From: Vicugna vicugna
Lineage: Eukaryota
Length of the DNA: 20,000 nucleotides
Assembly (NCBI GenBank): GCA_013265495.1
Contig: MU057632.1
Coordinates: 1,159,161-1,179,160, forward strand
Direction of reading: 5' to 3'
Shown: piece after piece, positions 1 to 11,310 of the stretch
Position numbering within the stretch: position 1 is the first letter of the stretch
Layout: the number at the start of each line of letters is the position of its first letter
Notes under the pieces: generated by a model
What the model was told of the DNA's origin: nothing
Databases searched by the model: none
Seen by the model: only the letters and a program-made list of their open reading frames with translations
Translations under genes and position numbers: made by a program

Positions 1-241
1 CTCCAACAAGACAAATGGTATTCTCTGTTCTGCAACTTCTTATCTCTATATGATTTGAAAAGTGTTGTATCCTTTTAGGTCAGAACCCTGAGAATGAGCT
101 ATCTGGTATATTTCAGGCTCTAGGCAACATTCTTCTACAAAAGGTGCAGAACCAGCAGGACTAAACACCAGAAATAGGTCATAGGGTTAGAGCTAAAGGA
201 GCACATCTAATATGGAGTCAGATTTGTTGGTCCTTGTTACA
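1..241 (-). mobile_element. ERV1-type LTR, 5' part (cut by window edge), same family as 18853-19354
   Basis: Reverse complement begins TGTAACAAGGACCAACAAATCTGACTCCATATTAGATGTGCTCCTTTAGCTCTAACCC and aligns by eye to 18853-19055 (e.g. AGAATGTTGCCT, TCATATAGAGATAA, AGTTGCAGAACAGAGA). Confidence 0.85.
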
Positions 242-674
242 AGAGCCATGTTTTCTTCAGCTTTTCTCTGTCCTAAGTGGAAGCAAAATTCCGGATGCTT
301 CTTCAAGTAGAAAACCTTGGAGACAGGATATCTTTAGCTGAATCATGAATAACTTATTAGGGACAGGCTGCTTCATCCTTAAGCCCATCCTTACACATCT
401 GAGGATGTCTAAGGCCTGCCTTGTTCTAGGATGTCATGGGAAGGCTATTGTTTCAGTGTGTACTTCCATGGCAAGAATCAGATTTAGGTGAGACTCCAAA
501 GGTACATGATGGTGAGGAAATGAGATAGTCAGGCATTTAGAAGTCCATTACTATATTTTATCTCCCCTGGAGCGTCTGAACTAAAACACCTAAAACAGAG
601 ACTATCTACTGGGAATCTTTTACCCAGAACAGAAGGCCCAGTTCAGCTTCTTGGTATATGTCCTCAATTCAGCC

Positions 675-960
675 GTATGTTTGTTGGACAAACATTTGTT
701 TAGTGCCTGCTCTGTGCTAGGTTCTATTCTGTGCCCTGAAGACAGTGTAATGAATAAGAGAAAGACCTTTCCCTCCCTATGCTCACATTCTTAGGGACAA
801 AACAGATGTTATACAAAAAAATTAATTTGCTATATAATATAATTGCAAGTTTCAATAAGAAAAAAGATGCAGTACAAGGAGATGAAGAATAAGAGTGGCT
901 TCTGTATAAGTAAGGTGATCAGAACTAAGTTCACATGTTGATACATGGCTGGGCCTTTAC
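675..960 (-). mobile_element. L2 LINE 3'-end fragment
   Basis: caaacatttgtttagtgcctgctctgtgctagg...gacagtgtaatgaataagag...ccctccctatgctcacattct resembles the antisense L2 3' terminus; boundaries approximate. Confidence 0.7.
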
Positions 961-1204
961 CACCCGAGGAGCTGAGTTTTGGGTGTTCAGACCATAGTAA
1001 ATAAGGGGCTGTTAGACTGATGGTCATCAGTGAGTTTAGAATCAAGTGGAGGATTCATGTGGTAACTTAATCTAGCAAAGTGATGTGCTTTTGAGGAAAA
1101 GAGGGTGGATAAAGGGTTGGAAGTGTAGGTATTTGTGAAGGTGAGTTGTAAGAGTGCAATATTTTGTGTATGTGTGTTTGTTGCCTACTTTTAATAGCAT
1201 GTTT

Positions 1205-1695
1205 CTTTTTCTCTAATTGAAGAATGTTTTGGTTTACAATATTGTGTTAGTTTCTTTTATACAACACAGTGATTCAGTTATACATATATATATATCCTTT
1301 TTTATTATAGGTTATTAAAAGGTATTGAATATAGTTTCCTGTTTATTCAGTAGGACTTTGTTGTTTATCTCTTTTATATATAGTAGCTTGTATCTGCTAA
1401 TCCAAAACTCCTAATTTATCTCTCCCCTTCTCCTTTTCCCTTTGGTAACCATAAGTTTGTTTTCTACATCTGTGAGTCTCTGTTTTGTAAATAAGTTCAT
1501 TGGTCTCATTTTTTTAGATTGCACATGTAAGTAATATCATGTGAGATTTGTCTTTCTCTGTCTGGCTTATTTCACTTAATATGATAATCTCTAGGTGCAT
1601 TTATGTTGCTGCAAATTACATCACTCCTTTTTATGGCTGAGTAGTATTCCATTGTGTGTGTATGTCTGTGTGTATGTCTTTATCCAATCATCTGT
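1205..1695 (-). mobile_element. L1 3' UTR/end, cetartiodactyl-type
   Basis: tttacaatattgtgttagtttc...gtgattcagttatacatata...ataagttcattgg...ttttatggctgagtagtattccattgtg; antisense homolog of 13740-14200. Confidence 0.88.
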
Positions 1696-2462
1696 GTAAT
1701 ATCGATATTGTTTAGGTCTGTTTGACAATTGTTTGAAAAGCTGCTCCTAAGTGATATATATTAATACCTAGAGAAAATTAGGGGAAAAAAAGAGTTAAAA
1801 TTTTGCAGAAACCTAAATCCTGAAAATCTTTTTAAAGTATAATTCATTTCTTTCAAATGCATACATCAGATTGGACTAAGCTGACCTACTTTATTCAACA
1901 AGAATTGTTTATAATTAGAACATCAACATTTTTATAATTGAGTGCCTATAGATGTTCTTAAAATTCACCCTGTCATTGACATAGATTCCCCTGAATGTTG
2001 CTTATACATAATATTAATAATTTCTTTAGCAGAGCCTATCTCAAAAACTGTGGATTTAAAACCCTACATCTTGGTCTTAAAGGTCAGAAATCTTTATGAG
2101 ACTATATGGATCAGGTTTAGTCCAAATCTGTGAAGTTATCTTGTTTCTATTTGATTCTATTTTCCTTCAGCCAGTCTGTCAGGAGCCAGATCAGGAACTT
2201 CAAATGCTCACAGTAGTCCAGAAACAGAAAGTCTGATGTTTCAGGAGTAAAGCATGCCAACAGTTTGAGCTAAAGACTCACCAGGAGTGATGTTTTCATA
2301 CTGTGGGCTTCAGAGAGAGTCTCACAGTCCCCATAAATGAAGCAGAGACTTATCTTCTAGATGTTCACCTTATCAAAGTCCAATTTTTAATAAAATTACA
2401 CAAGAACTTTCTTTATGGCAACTGTTTTATATTTGACACAGCATATAAAGGAATAAAAGCAC

Positions 2463-3218
2463 TTTTATTTTTAATTTTTTAGGGTGTACCATGTTATTTT
2501 TAACATATGTATACATTGTGAAAGTATTATCACAATCAAGTTAATTATCATATCCATTAGGTCTCATAGTTACCATTTGTGTGTGTGCTGGGAACATTTC
2601 AGATCTAATCTTTCAGCAAATCCAAAGTATACAATTCAGTATTATTAACTATGGTCAACATACTGTACATCAGGTCTCCAGAATTATTCACCCTGCACAA
2701 CTGAGACTCTGTACCCTTTGACCAACTTTGCCCATTTCCCCCACCTGCCAACCCTGGAAACTACAATTCTACTCTCTACTTCCATGATTTCAACTGTATT
2801 AGATTCCACATGTAAGTGAGGCCATATAGTATTTGTCTTTCTGTGTCTGGCTTATTTCACTGAGCATAATTCCTCCAGGGTTATCCATGTTGTCAAAAGT
2901 GGCAAGTGCCTTTCTTTTGGGGGCTGAATAATATTCCTCTGTGTATGTATAATCATTTTCTTATGCATTCGTTGATGGACATTTAGGTTGTTTCTGTATC
3001 TTGGCTGCTATGAATGTGGTTATCTCTTTGAGAGAATGATTTTCATTCCTTCAGATATGTACCTGGAAGTGTAATTACTGGATCATATGTTAGTTCTATT
3101 TTTTATTTTTTGAGAACCATCTCTCTTGTTTCCTGTAATGGCTGCTCTAATTTACATTCCCACTAAGAGTGCACAAGGATTTCCTTATCTGCACACCTTC
3201 ACTAACACTTGTTATCTT
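2463..3218 (-). mobile_element. L1 3' end, L1MA8-10-like
   Basis: atgtatacattgtgaaag...tcacaatcaagttaatta...tattattaactatggtc...agattccacatgtaagtgag...tgatggacatttaggttgtttc. Confidence 0.85.
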
Positions 3219-3414
3219 GTGAAAACGTCAAGACTTCTACCACTTAAGTTTTGAGATCACTCTGGGAAACGGAGAAGGTAGTTTTCTAAGGATCAGAGAG
3301 GGAAGAGGCAGATGACTAGAGGCCAAGAAGGAACACTGAGAGTTACAGGCAGATTGGGAATAATTTTAGATTATATCAGCTGATTTTATTAAAAACAAAA
3401 AACGAAAAGAAACA

Positions 3415-4110
3415 ATGTGCCTAGCTACTCTGAATGAGTTCAAGTTTCCAGGCTTTGATGAATTTCATTCCAAGGTACTAAAAATACTTGCAGGTATGAC
3501 TACATAATCAATGTTGGTAATTATATGGAATTGTGGATCAAAGAAGAGGTGGTAGAAGGTAAGAGATGATCAAACTTTCAATTTCCAAAATTTAGGAAGA
3601 CAGTGGATTCTGAGATAATGTGAAACATAAACTCTCCATAAGATTCTAGAATGGTTTATTAGGCAGATAACTTGTGAATAACTGATAAAAAGGGTTTACT
3701 AGAACCGTCAGGAATCTTCTGAGCAAATTATATGAGCAAACCACATAACCAAATTAACTTTATTTCCTTTTAAAAATACTGAAAATATAGTGTAGTTTGA
3801 GGCATTTATAACTTTCTCTCATGAATATGTTGTGGACATAAGGAAATAAATTGTGAAGTTGGTTCATAGTCTTGATGAGAGTGTTCAAATAACTTTGTCT
3901 TGGGCTCTGTGCATTTCATATTTCATCAACTTAATTGACGATAAACGTGCCATGTTTAGCACATCTGGACACAGCAGAATTAGGAGGGTGATTAACAGGT
4001 AAGTGGAGAAATCAGAAATTTAGAAAAACACAATAGATTCAAATAATGAGTTAAAATGATATCAAACCAAAATTACATAAAGTTCTGTAATAAACTAATA
4101 GAAAACATCA
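3415..4110 (+). mobile_element. CR1/L3 LINE reverse-transcriptase-region fragment, highly decayed
   Basis: aatgagttcaagtttccaggctttgatgaatttcattccaaggtactaaaaatacttgca resembles the CR1 ORF2 KSPGPDxLHPRVLKELA motif; right boundary approximate. Confidence 0.7.
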
Positions 4111-4423
4111 ATCACAGAGCAAAGACCTAAATTAATTTGGGGCTTAAAAACTAGTCTCTGCTTTTACTGAGTTCATACTGACAGGCAGGCTGAAGGCATT
4201 GCTTTTTGTTTTCTTCTCATTTTGCTTATTCATCTAATAAGTCTGTCCACATTAAGGGATTGCTTTTTAGAAGGGAACAGTGCTTGTGACAGTGCTGGTT
4301 TGACAGGAATCGGCCAGCCTAGTTTAGGCTGATTCAGGGCCCCAGACTGTGGCTGGAAAAAGAATGGGTGAAAGATTTACAAAATAGGACATTTGTCCAA
4401 GTCCTGAGGTTCAATGTTTGAAG

Positions 4424-4636
4424 CAAGGGTCAGCAAAATTGAGCCTGAAGGTCAAATCCAGTCCACTAGCTTTTTTTTTTTTTTTTTTAAATACAGCTGG
4501 TGAGGTCAGCGTGGTTTTTACATGTTTAAATGGTTGGAAAAAAATCAAAAGAAGTATAGCATTTCATGACATTTGAAAATTACGTAAAATTCCAATACAA
4601 GTATCAATAAATAAAGTTTTATTGGAACACAATCAT
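4424..4636 (+). mobile_element. MER58B-like hAT-Charlie DNA transposon fragment
   Basis: caagggtcagcaaa...ggtttttacatgtttaaatggttggaaaaaaatcaaaagaag...aataaagttttattggaacaca. Confidence 0.8.
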
Positions 4637-4982
4637 CACATCTTGCCATTAAATACTCCTCTACTTCATTCTTGGTGACCCCAGAGCATTCTTTTTTGAA
4701 CAGTATATTTGATGAATTTTTTAAAATGCTTTAGTAACCAGTACTAATTTTTCCACAACAAACTTCTCATGTCCATCGAACTAACTGGGTAGAGAAAGAA
4801 AGTTCCCCTAAGTCCTACTTCTTTAAAACATTAAAGCTTTGTTGGGTATAATCATAACAATTTGTGATTCCAGAATTTATGTTATAATTGTAAACTATTG
4901 CTTTATTTTGGAGAATATTGTAAGTGAAAATCCTCATTCTTTACATATGGAATTTAAAATTCTGTCTCAAACCGTGAGAGTT

Positions 4983-5067
4983 ATGATAACTGTAAATGTA
5001 ACTGAAGAGAAAGAGGAGAACTCAAATTGTGTTTTTAGTAATTTAATCAACCTCCAAAGTCTCTAAG
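4983..5067 (-). pseudogene. Candidate (terminal?) exon J, phase 2 start: (C)LETLEVD*ITKNTI*VLLSLQLHLQLS*
   Basis: Strong acceptor ttttcctgatattttcttattgcatcctttgtacag|; the 3' end is not defined. Confidence 0.4.
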
Positions 5068-5329
5068 CTGTACAAAGGATGCAATAAGAAAATATCAGGA
5101 AAACAAATGCTTTCCATCTATCTTTGCTATTTCAGCAACTGAAAGAATAATCTACCATCAGGGGTTAAAAAAAAACAAGTTTGAACTTAATTGTAATTCC
5201 CCATTAAATACTAAAATTTCATGATGAAGATACTGTTCTGAAATTATTTGCTGAAATCTGAAAAGTCTGTCCATCCCTAACAGTTTTCCTCCAGGCAAAT
5301 TTTTCCTTCATGCACCTTAGTGAAATGCA

Positions 5330-5640
5330 CTGACGTCAGCTTTCAGCGTCAGGTGAATTCTACGCGCTTATCAGTACCGGGTGGAGAAACAACTGAGTGC
5401 AGAAAACGGCAGAGCCAAGGGTGAAGGGCCTAAAACTTGGCCTTCACTTCTTCATTACTTTGGAAGGCAGTGTTCTTTGAAGCCTCTTTCTGAAATACCA
5501 GTACTTGCTGACACAGTGTATGTGAGTTTCCTCATGTCGTTTTACCTCTGCTACCCGGCAAGCTGATTAATCGACACAAACGTGAGTGAGCAGATTCCTG
5601 CGCAGAGTGAATAAAATAAGACATTATTCATCACGATAAT
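5330..5640. promoter_or_regulatory. CpG-retaining candidate promoter/enhancer with full CRE, half-CRE, E-box and GATA motifs
   Basis: TGACGTCA at 5331-5338, CGTCA at 5347-5351, CAGGTG at 5350-5355, TGATAAG (minus) at 5367-5373; ~12 CpGs in ~310 bp in an otherwise CpG-depleted window. Confidence 0.5.
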
Positions 5641-5714
5641 TTCTTGTGTGGGATGCTAGAAGTTCATAAACCTAAGAATAGATCCAACAGCAAAAGGCTT
5701 AATTTTTGGTCCTC

Positions 5715-6331
5715 TTTTCTGCTCTACCTACACCAGTCCCTTGGTGACATCACATGGTCCCATGAATCTAAATACTTCTAAAGCCTGTAACTCCCACATT
5801 TGTATCTCCAGCATAAACCTGTCTCCCGAACTCTAAATGCACGTGTATCCAACCACAGGTTCAACATGGCCACCTGAGTACCTAATAGATATCTCAAATT
5901 CAACATGTCCTAAATTGGAATCCCAATCATCCTCCTAGAACTTCTTCACTTGAAGCATTCCCCATCTGAGTAAGGGGTATCTCTTTTAATTGCACAAACC
6001 AAAAATTTGGGAGTCACCATTGACGTCTCTCTTTCCCTCACCTCCAATCCAATCGTGAAGTCCTGTTGGCTCCACCTTCTAAATAAAACCATGTGCTTCC
6101 CACCCCCTCCAGAATCACCTTCTGGTGTGAGGCACTTTCATCTCTTCTCTGGATCATCACAGTAGCTTTGGCCTTCCTATGTCTAGTCTCAACACAGTGG
6201 CTATCAGGGTCCTTTCGAAATCTGTCAGATCACATCATTCTCTGTTCAAAACCTGCAGTGACTTTCCACTTCCCTTAGTGTGAACTCCTGGTCCTTATGA
6301 TGCCATTCAAGTTCTTCAAGATGTAGCCCTC
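5715..6331 (+). mobile_element. L2a-like LINE fragment (5' piece, interrupted by MLT1)
   Basis: ccttggtgacatcacatggtcccatg...ctcccacatttgtatctccagc...ctaatagatatctcaaattcaacatgtcc...tcagatcacatcattctctgttcaaaacc. Confidence 0.8.
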
Positions 6332-6851
6332 TCATTGATTATCTATTTGCTTCAGTAACAAACTAACACAAGCTTAGTGGCTTAAAACAAAAATTTATTA
6401 CAGAAGGTCCTATAAGTGGTAAGAATTCTTTAGGTCAGAAGTCAGATGCTGGTCTTGCTGGGCTAAAGTCTAGGTATCAAGTGAGCTGTGTTCCATCTGA
6501 AGGCTTAAGAGAGGAGACTGCATGCATCTTCCCTTGTTTTTTTCCCACTTCTGGTGGTAGCCCACATTCCTTGGCTCTTGCTCCCTTCCTTCATCTTCAG
6601 ATCAAGAAGCTGGGATGCCACCTTCTCACATACCAGCACTCTGACTCTTCTGTGACACTCTTTCCCTTTAAAGAGCCTTTGTGGTGACACTGGGCCCACT
6701 TGGGTAATCCAGTGTCCCCTCTCCATCTCAAGTCCAGCTGATTGGATAAGTCCATCTACAACCTTAATTTCCCTTTGCCAAGTGATATATATTCATGGGT
6801 CCTGGGGATCAGGGCATGGAAGTCTTTGGGGGGGCCATGATTCTGATCACA
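6332..6851 (-). mobile_element. MLT1 (MLT1D-like) ERVL-MaLR solo LTR nested in L2
   Basis: gtaacaaactaacacaagcttagtggcttaaaacaa...cccacattccttggctc...ctgggcccacttgggtaatccag...tctttgggggggccatgattctg. Confidence 0.85.
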
Positions 6852-7200
6852 CTGTTTCATGAATATTCCAGGCACAAACCGTGTTGGGCTGTCGTGCCAG
6901 CTCTTCCTTCCTCCAAGGATGTTCTACCCACATTCATACTTCTTGAACCCCTTTACCTTCTTTTTGGGTTGTTCTCTCTTGCCATCCTATTTAACATTAC
7001 AACCTACCCAACCTGGGTAGCACTTACTTAGCATCTTAGTGTACTATGTTTCCTTGTTATTTATTAAATGTATCATTTATTGCCTGTTTCCCCTTCTACT
7101 TGGGTGGGATATCTGTCTGTTCTACTGACTAGATATTTCCAAACCTAGAACGATACTTGTTACATAGCAGTACTCAATACATATCTGTAGAATGAATGGA
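6852..7200 (+). mobile_element. L2a-like 3' end (continuation after MLT1)
   Basis: Ends with cctagaacgatacttgttacatagcagtactcaatacatatctgtagaatgaatg, a typical L2 3' terminus. Confidence 0.75.
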
Positions 7201-7409
7201 GAGAGCAACCCTCTCTCCCTTTATGGCTAGAAACCCTAGTTAGTATCAAAGTTACTAGTGTCATAAGTGTGATTATGACATCATGATCATGACATCTATA
7301 ATCACCCTGAAACCAGGTAGGATTTTTCTGATTATTCCTGCCACAGGCTGCATATTTCTATGGAAAATATTATTATAAACAATGCAGACATTTACTATAT
7401 TGGACTCAC

Positions 7410-7567
7410 CACCAAGGCAATTACTCAGCTTTGTAATTAAGTAAGGTATGTACGTGCTTGCTTTCCTGGTGGACATAAATCACTGTCCAAAAAATTAGCT
7501 GTGCAAATCACTTTTTATTTTTCATAGCTCAAATTTGTATCTGATCCCAAGCTACTATTTTACTGAA
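7410..7567 (-). pseudogene. Candidate exon I (158 nt, phase 0-2): FSKIVAWDQIQI*AMKNKK*FAQLIFWTVIYVHQESKHVHTLLNYKAE*LPW
   Basis: Acceptor cttagttttctattag|; consensus donor GTG|gtgagt; phase matches both neighbours. Confidence 0.5.
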
Positions 7568-8145
7568 CTAATAGAAAACTAAGCATCTGTCCTTTTGGGG
7601 CTAGTTCTGGATCTCATAGAGAATGCCAAGACATTGATGGGGAGTGGGCTGAGGGACAGTATCTAGTCTTCCATCTTGGGTCCAGTGGATGGCCACAGAG
7701 CCCTCCACCTCCTGTACCCATCTCTCCTCTTCTGGTCCAGAGGTTGTCTTCTGGGACACCAGGAGCTCCTGCAAAGATACCTGTGGCCACGAGTCTTCCT
7801 TCAGAAAGGAGGTAGAAGTTCTTTCTTATCCTCAGACCCACAGACCTCTCCAACTGGGGAAATCTCTCTTTAAGCTTTGCTTTCCATATCTCTTTAGATA
7901 GTCTACCTATGTCTGCAAGTCCCTTTTCCCTCCTTTTATAATGGTCTCAGTTCTTCTAAGAGTGTAGACTTCGGGAAAGCAAAAGCCATAGGCTTGCATG
8001 TCATTTCTGCTTTTCACCCTGTCACACAGCTTTTTGAGGACGTTAACAGCTGGCTACTTCTGGGAGTGTAAAGGAGAGAAATGGAGGAGAAAAATATATA
8101 TATAAAGAATATATCAAATAATACAAAACTGATTTTTAGAACTAC

Positions 8146-8437
8146 CTTTTCTCAAGTGAAGAACACTGCCTCAGGGTGGTTATTATGTTCTCTTGCTACT
8201 TGCTTTGCTAAGTGATTTTGTATCAAACATGTGACCTCCCTCTCAGATAATTTAAGCAGGGATTAAGAAATGATTTTTAAAATTTCACGATCATTTTTTC
8301 AATCAGATAATTTAAAAAAAATAGTTAGCATCTTGACTCTACTGATTATAAAGCCTTATTGATAGACACAATCAGAGCCATATTTTAAAAAGATAATAAC
8401 TTCATATAATTCAGGGTTAGTTTCACTCCTAAGTGTT
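8146..8437 (-). pseudogene. Candidate exon H (292 nt, phase 2-0): TLRSETNPELYEVIIFLKYGSDCVYQ*GFIISRVKMLTIFFKLSD*KNDREILKIIS*SLLKLSEREVTCLIQNHLAKQVAREHNNHPEAVFFT*EK
   Basis: Strong acceptor ctaaattgccttcctctatttgtag|; donor AAG|gtagtt; 4 stops in 97 codons. Confidence 0.5.
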
Positions 8438-8576
8438 CTACAAATAGAGGAAGGCAATTTAGAGTCAAAACTACTCCAGAATTTGGGAGATTTTTTTTTT
8501 GTTTTGTGCTGGGAATTTCCTCATTTGCCCAATTTATTGATATTTTGTCTTTTTTTGGAATTCTCAGAAAACTTGC

Positions 8577-8609
8577 CTTTGAACCATTTCTTTCTAAGGA
8601 CTCATTTTC
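8577..8609 (-). pseudogene. Candidate micro-exon G (33 nt, phase 2-2) with GC donor: KMSP*KEMVQ(R)
   Basis: Pyrimidine tract and branch-like ccctaat upstream of ctgaag|; donor AAG|gcaagt matches the GC-AG intron consensus. Confidence 0.4.
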
Positions 8610-8699
8610 CTTCAGATAAGATTGAGTATTAGGGAAAGGAAGAAAAGCAGATTCCCTCTTTTCCAATGCACATAACCAACAACTCCTTGTTTTAAAAAA

Positions 8700-9545
8700 A
8701 AAGTCTACTGTAGTTAATATATACAATAAAATTTGTGATTTTAACCCTTTTAAGTGTACAATTAAGTGATCTTAAGTACATTCAAAATGTTGTCAAACTG
8801 TCACCACTATCCTGTTCGAAAATTTTTTAATCACCCCTAATAGATCTCTGTAACCATTAATTAATAACTCCAGGCCCTGTAACCTCTAATCTACTTTCTT
8901 TCTTTATTAATTTGCCTATTAGATATTTCACATAAATGGAATCATGCAATGCATGTCCTATTGTTACTGGCTCATTTCACTTAGCAATAATGTTTTAAAG
9001 GTTCATTCATATTGTAGCATATATTAGAACTTCATTCCTTTTTATAGCTGAATAACATTCCACTGTGTGTATGAGCCACATTTTGTGTATCTGTTTTTCT
9101 CTTGGTGCACATTTGGGTTGTTTCCACCTTTTTGACTATTGTGAATAATCTGTAATGAATATTAATTTAAAAGTATCTGTTTGAATCCAAGCTCTCCATT
9201 CTTTGGTTTATACACCGAAGAGTAGAATTGCTTGATCATATGCTAATTCTAGGCTGAACTCTTTGAAGAACTGCCAAATTATTTTCTACAGTATCTGCAC
9301 CATTTTACATTTCCATCAGCAATGTACAAGTGTTCCAATTTCTTCACATCCTCGCCAAAACTTATTTTCCATTTTTTGTTTTGTTTTGTTTTTATCAAGG
9401 GCATCCTAGTAGGTGTGAAGTGGAATCTTGTCATTTTGACTTGCATTTACCCAGTGACTCATGACGTTGAGCATCTTTTCATGTGCTTATTAGCTCTTTG
9501 TGTATCTTCTTTGAAGAAATGTCTTCAAGTCATTTGTCAATTTTT
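8700..9545 (-). mobile_element. L1MB-like 3' end
   Basis: ttttaagtgtacaattaagtg...tacattcaaaatgttgt...atttcacataaatggaatcatgcaat...gttgagcatcttttcatgtgcttattag; accounts for ORF 9322..9597. Confidence 0.85.
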
Positions 9546-9559
9546 AAAAAATTTTGGAA

Positions 9560-10300
9560 GCAACAAAAATAGACTTTATTATTTAGAGCAATTTTAGGTT
9601 CACAGAAATATTGAGGGGAAGGTACAGAGATTTCCCATACACCCCTCATGCCCACATATGCACAGCCCTATGATGAAAATTTCATGCCAGAGCTGTACAT
9701 TTGTTACATTCAATGAACCTACATTGACATGTCATTATCACTCAAAGTCCATAGTTTACACTAGGGTTCATACTTGGTATTCTACATTCTATGGGTTTTG
9801 ATAAATGTATAATGACATTTATCCACCATTGTAGTGTCATACAGAATAGTTTCACAGCCCTGAAAATCCTCTGTGCTCCACCTATGCTTTTACAGTCTCC
9901 ATAGTTTTGCCTTTTCCTGAAAGTCATTTAGTTGGAGTTATATACTATGTAGACTTTTCTTAATTTCACTAAATTAATAATAATTAATGCGTTTAAGTTG
10001 ATTCCATATCTTTTCATAGGTTGAGAACTCATTTCTTTTCAGCACTGAATGTTTGATTGCCTGGATGTAGGCAAGTTATTTACCCATTCATCTACTGAAG
10101 GACATCTTGGTTGTTTCCAAATTTTAAGAATTATGAATAAAGTTCCATTCATGTACTTGGTTTCATGAGAAAATAAATTTTCAACTCTTTTGGGTAAATA
10201 CCAAGAAGCACAATTGCTGGATATATAATGAGAGTACATTTAGTCTTCCAAAGCGGCCGCACCATTTTGCATTCCCACAAGTAGTGAATGATTTTTCCTC
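9560..10300 (-). mobile_element. L1MC1-3-like 3' end
   Basis: tagagcaattttaggttcacagaa...ggtacagagatttcccata...aatgaacctacattgacatgtcattatcac...; ORF 10039..10239 carries the L1 ORF2 C-terminal WKQPRCPS motif. Confidence 0.85.
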
Positions 10301-10748
10301 ATATAGATCTTACACATATTTGTTGTTCATTTTGAAGGATGCTAATGTAAATGATATTGTGTTTTTAATTTCAAATTCTACTCGTTCACTAATGGCATTT
10401 GGGAAGGATTGATTTTTTTTATATTAACTCTATATCCTGCAATGTTTATTGCTGATTAGTTCTGGAATCTTATGTGTGTGTATGAGGGGTTTTTTTTTGT
10501 CAGTTCTTTCAAATTTTCTACATAGGCAATCATGTCATCCTCAAAGAGAGTTGTATCTTTCTTCCCAATCTGTATGCATTTTATTTCCTTTTCTTACCTT
10601 ATCACATTAGCTAGGGTCAACAGTATGATGCTGAAAGGAAGTGGTGGGATGGGACTTCCTTGCTTTGCTCCTGGTCTTAGTGGAAAGCTTCTAGTTTGTC
10701 ATCATTAAGTATAATGTTAGCTGTAGGTTTTTTGTAGATATTCTCATT
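10301..10748 (-). mobile_element. Old L1 ORF2 fragment
   Basis: tttctacataggcaatcatgtcatc...ccttgctttgctcctggtcttagtggaaagcttctagtttgtcatcattaagtataatgttagctgtaggttttttgtagata. Confidence 0.75.
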
Positions 10749-10950
10749 AGATACCTGAATTTATTTATTTCAATCTTTAAAAATAAATCCAGTAAGTTTC
10801 TTACACAGTCGTCTTTATTCTAAGACTATTTTTGCTTAATCAGTACTATTACAAAGGACTTTGAAGTGTAGTTTGTGATTAAAGGACAAGATGCCTACCA
10901 GCCCTGCCACCATCTGCCTCTTCTCTCCTCACTGTCCCATGGAAACATAC

Positions 10951-11070
10951 CAAGGTTTCTCTTGCAACAAGTCTATCCTAATTTTCAGGTTCCTTATAAT
11001 GGACCCTCCCAAATCCCTGAGAATGAATTGTCACACTGATGTTTTCTTTAGAATATCCTACTTCTTAAAA
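10951..11070 (-). pseudogene. Candidate exon F (120 nt, phase 2-2): FKK*DILKKTSV*QFILRDLGGSIIRNLKIRIDLLQEKP(W)
   Basis: Donor TTG|gtatgt. The acceptor is uncertain: cttgtaag| gives only a 69-nt intron, and alternative AGs at 11058-11065 would require a frameshift. Confidence 0.4.
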
Positions 11071-11139
11071 CTTACAAGATTCCAGTATATTAAAACAATG
11101 ATTTCTCCCAAATATCGTCATTCCATAGCAATAATTTAC

Positions 11140-11310
11140 CTATATGTGCAGTGGTATAGTGATAGGAAAAACAGCAGACTGTAGATGTCAGATCTATTGG
11201 CCTGGTTTAGAATTTCCAGCAGTGCTGCAAAAACCTCCTCATGTTCATGCATGGCAATCTCATGGTAGTAGGATTTTTTCTGAGACAACCTAACTATACT
11301 GTGTATATCT
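11140..11310 (-). pseudogene. Candidate exon E (171 nt, phase 2-2, fully open): DIHSIVRLSQKKSYYHEIAMHEHEEVFAALLEILNQANRSDIYSLLFFLSLYHCTY
   Basis: Strong acceptor ccatttatttttcttctacag|; donor TAG|gtaaat; 56 stop-free codons with an amphipathic-helix pattern; the other two frames contain stops; overlaps supplied ORF 11136..11381. Confidence 0.7.

Noticed and set aside
5421..5447. Hairpin gtgaagggcc...ggccttcac
   Set aside because: Short with a bulge; too small for a pre-miRNA and compatible with chance.
5381..5566. 61-aa plus-strand ORF in the CpG-rich element
   Set aside because: GTG start, an in-frame stop just upstream and no family resemblance; better read as regulatory or non-coding sequence.
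7610..7925. GC-richer island with three overlapping ORFs (a similar island lies at 11590-11880)
   Set aside because: Probably old LTR-like repeat remnants, but I cannot match a family; the ORFs are explained by higher GC content.
8385..8726. Longest supplied ORF (113 aa, minus)
   Set aside because: It begins in an L1 end and runs through two pyrimidine tracts and splice sites, in a different frame from the modelled exons G and H; no recognisable protein.
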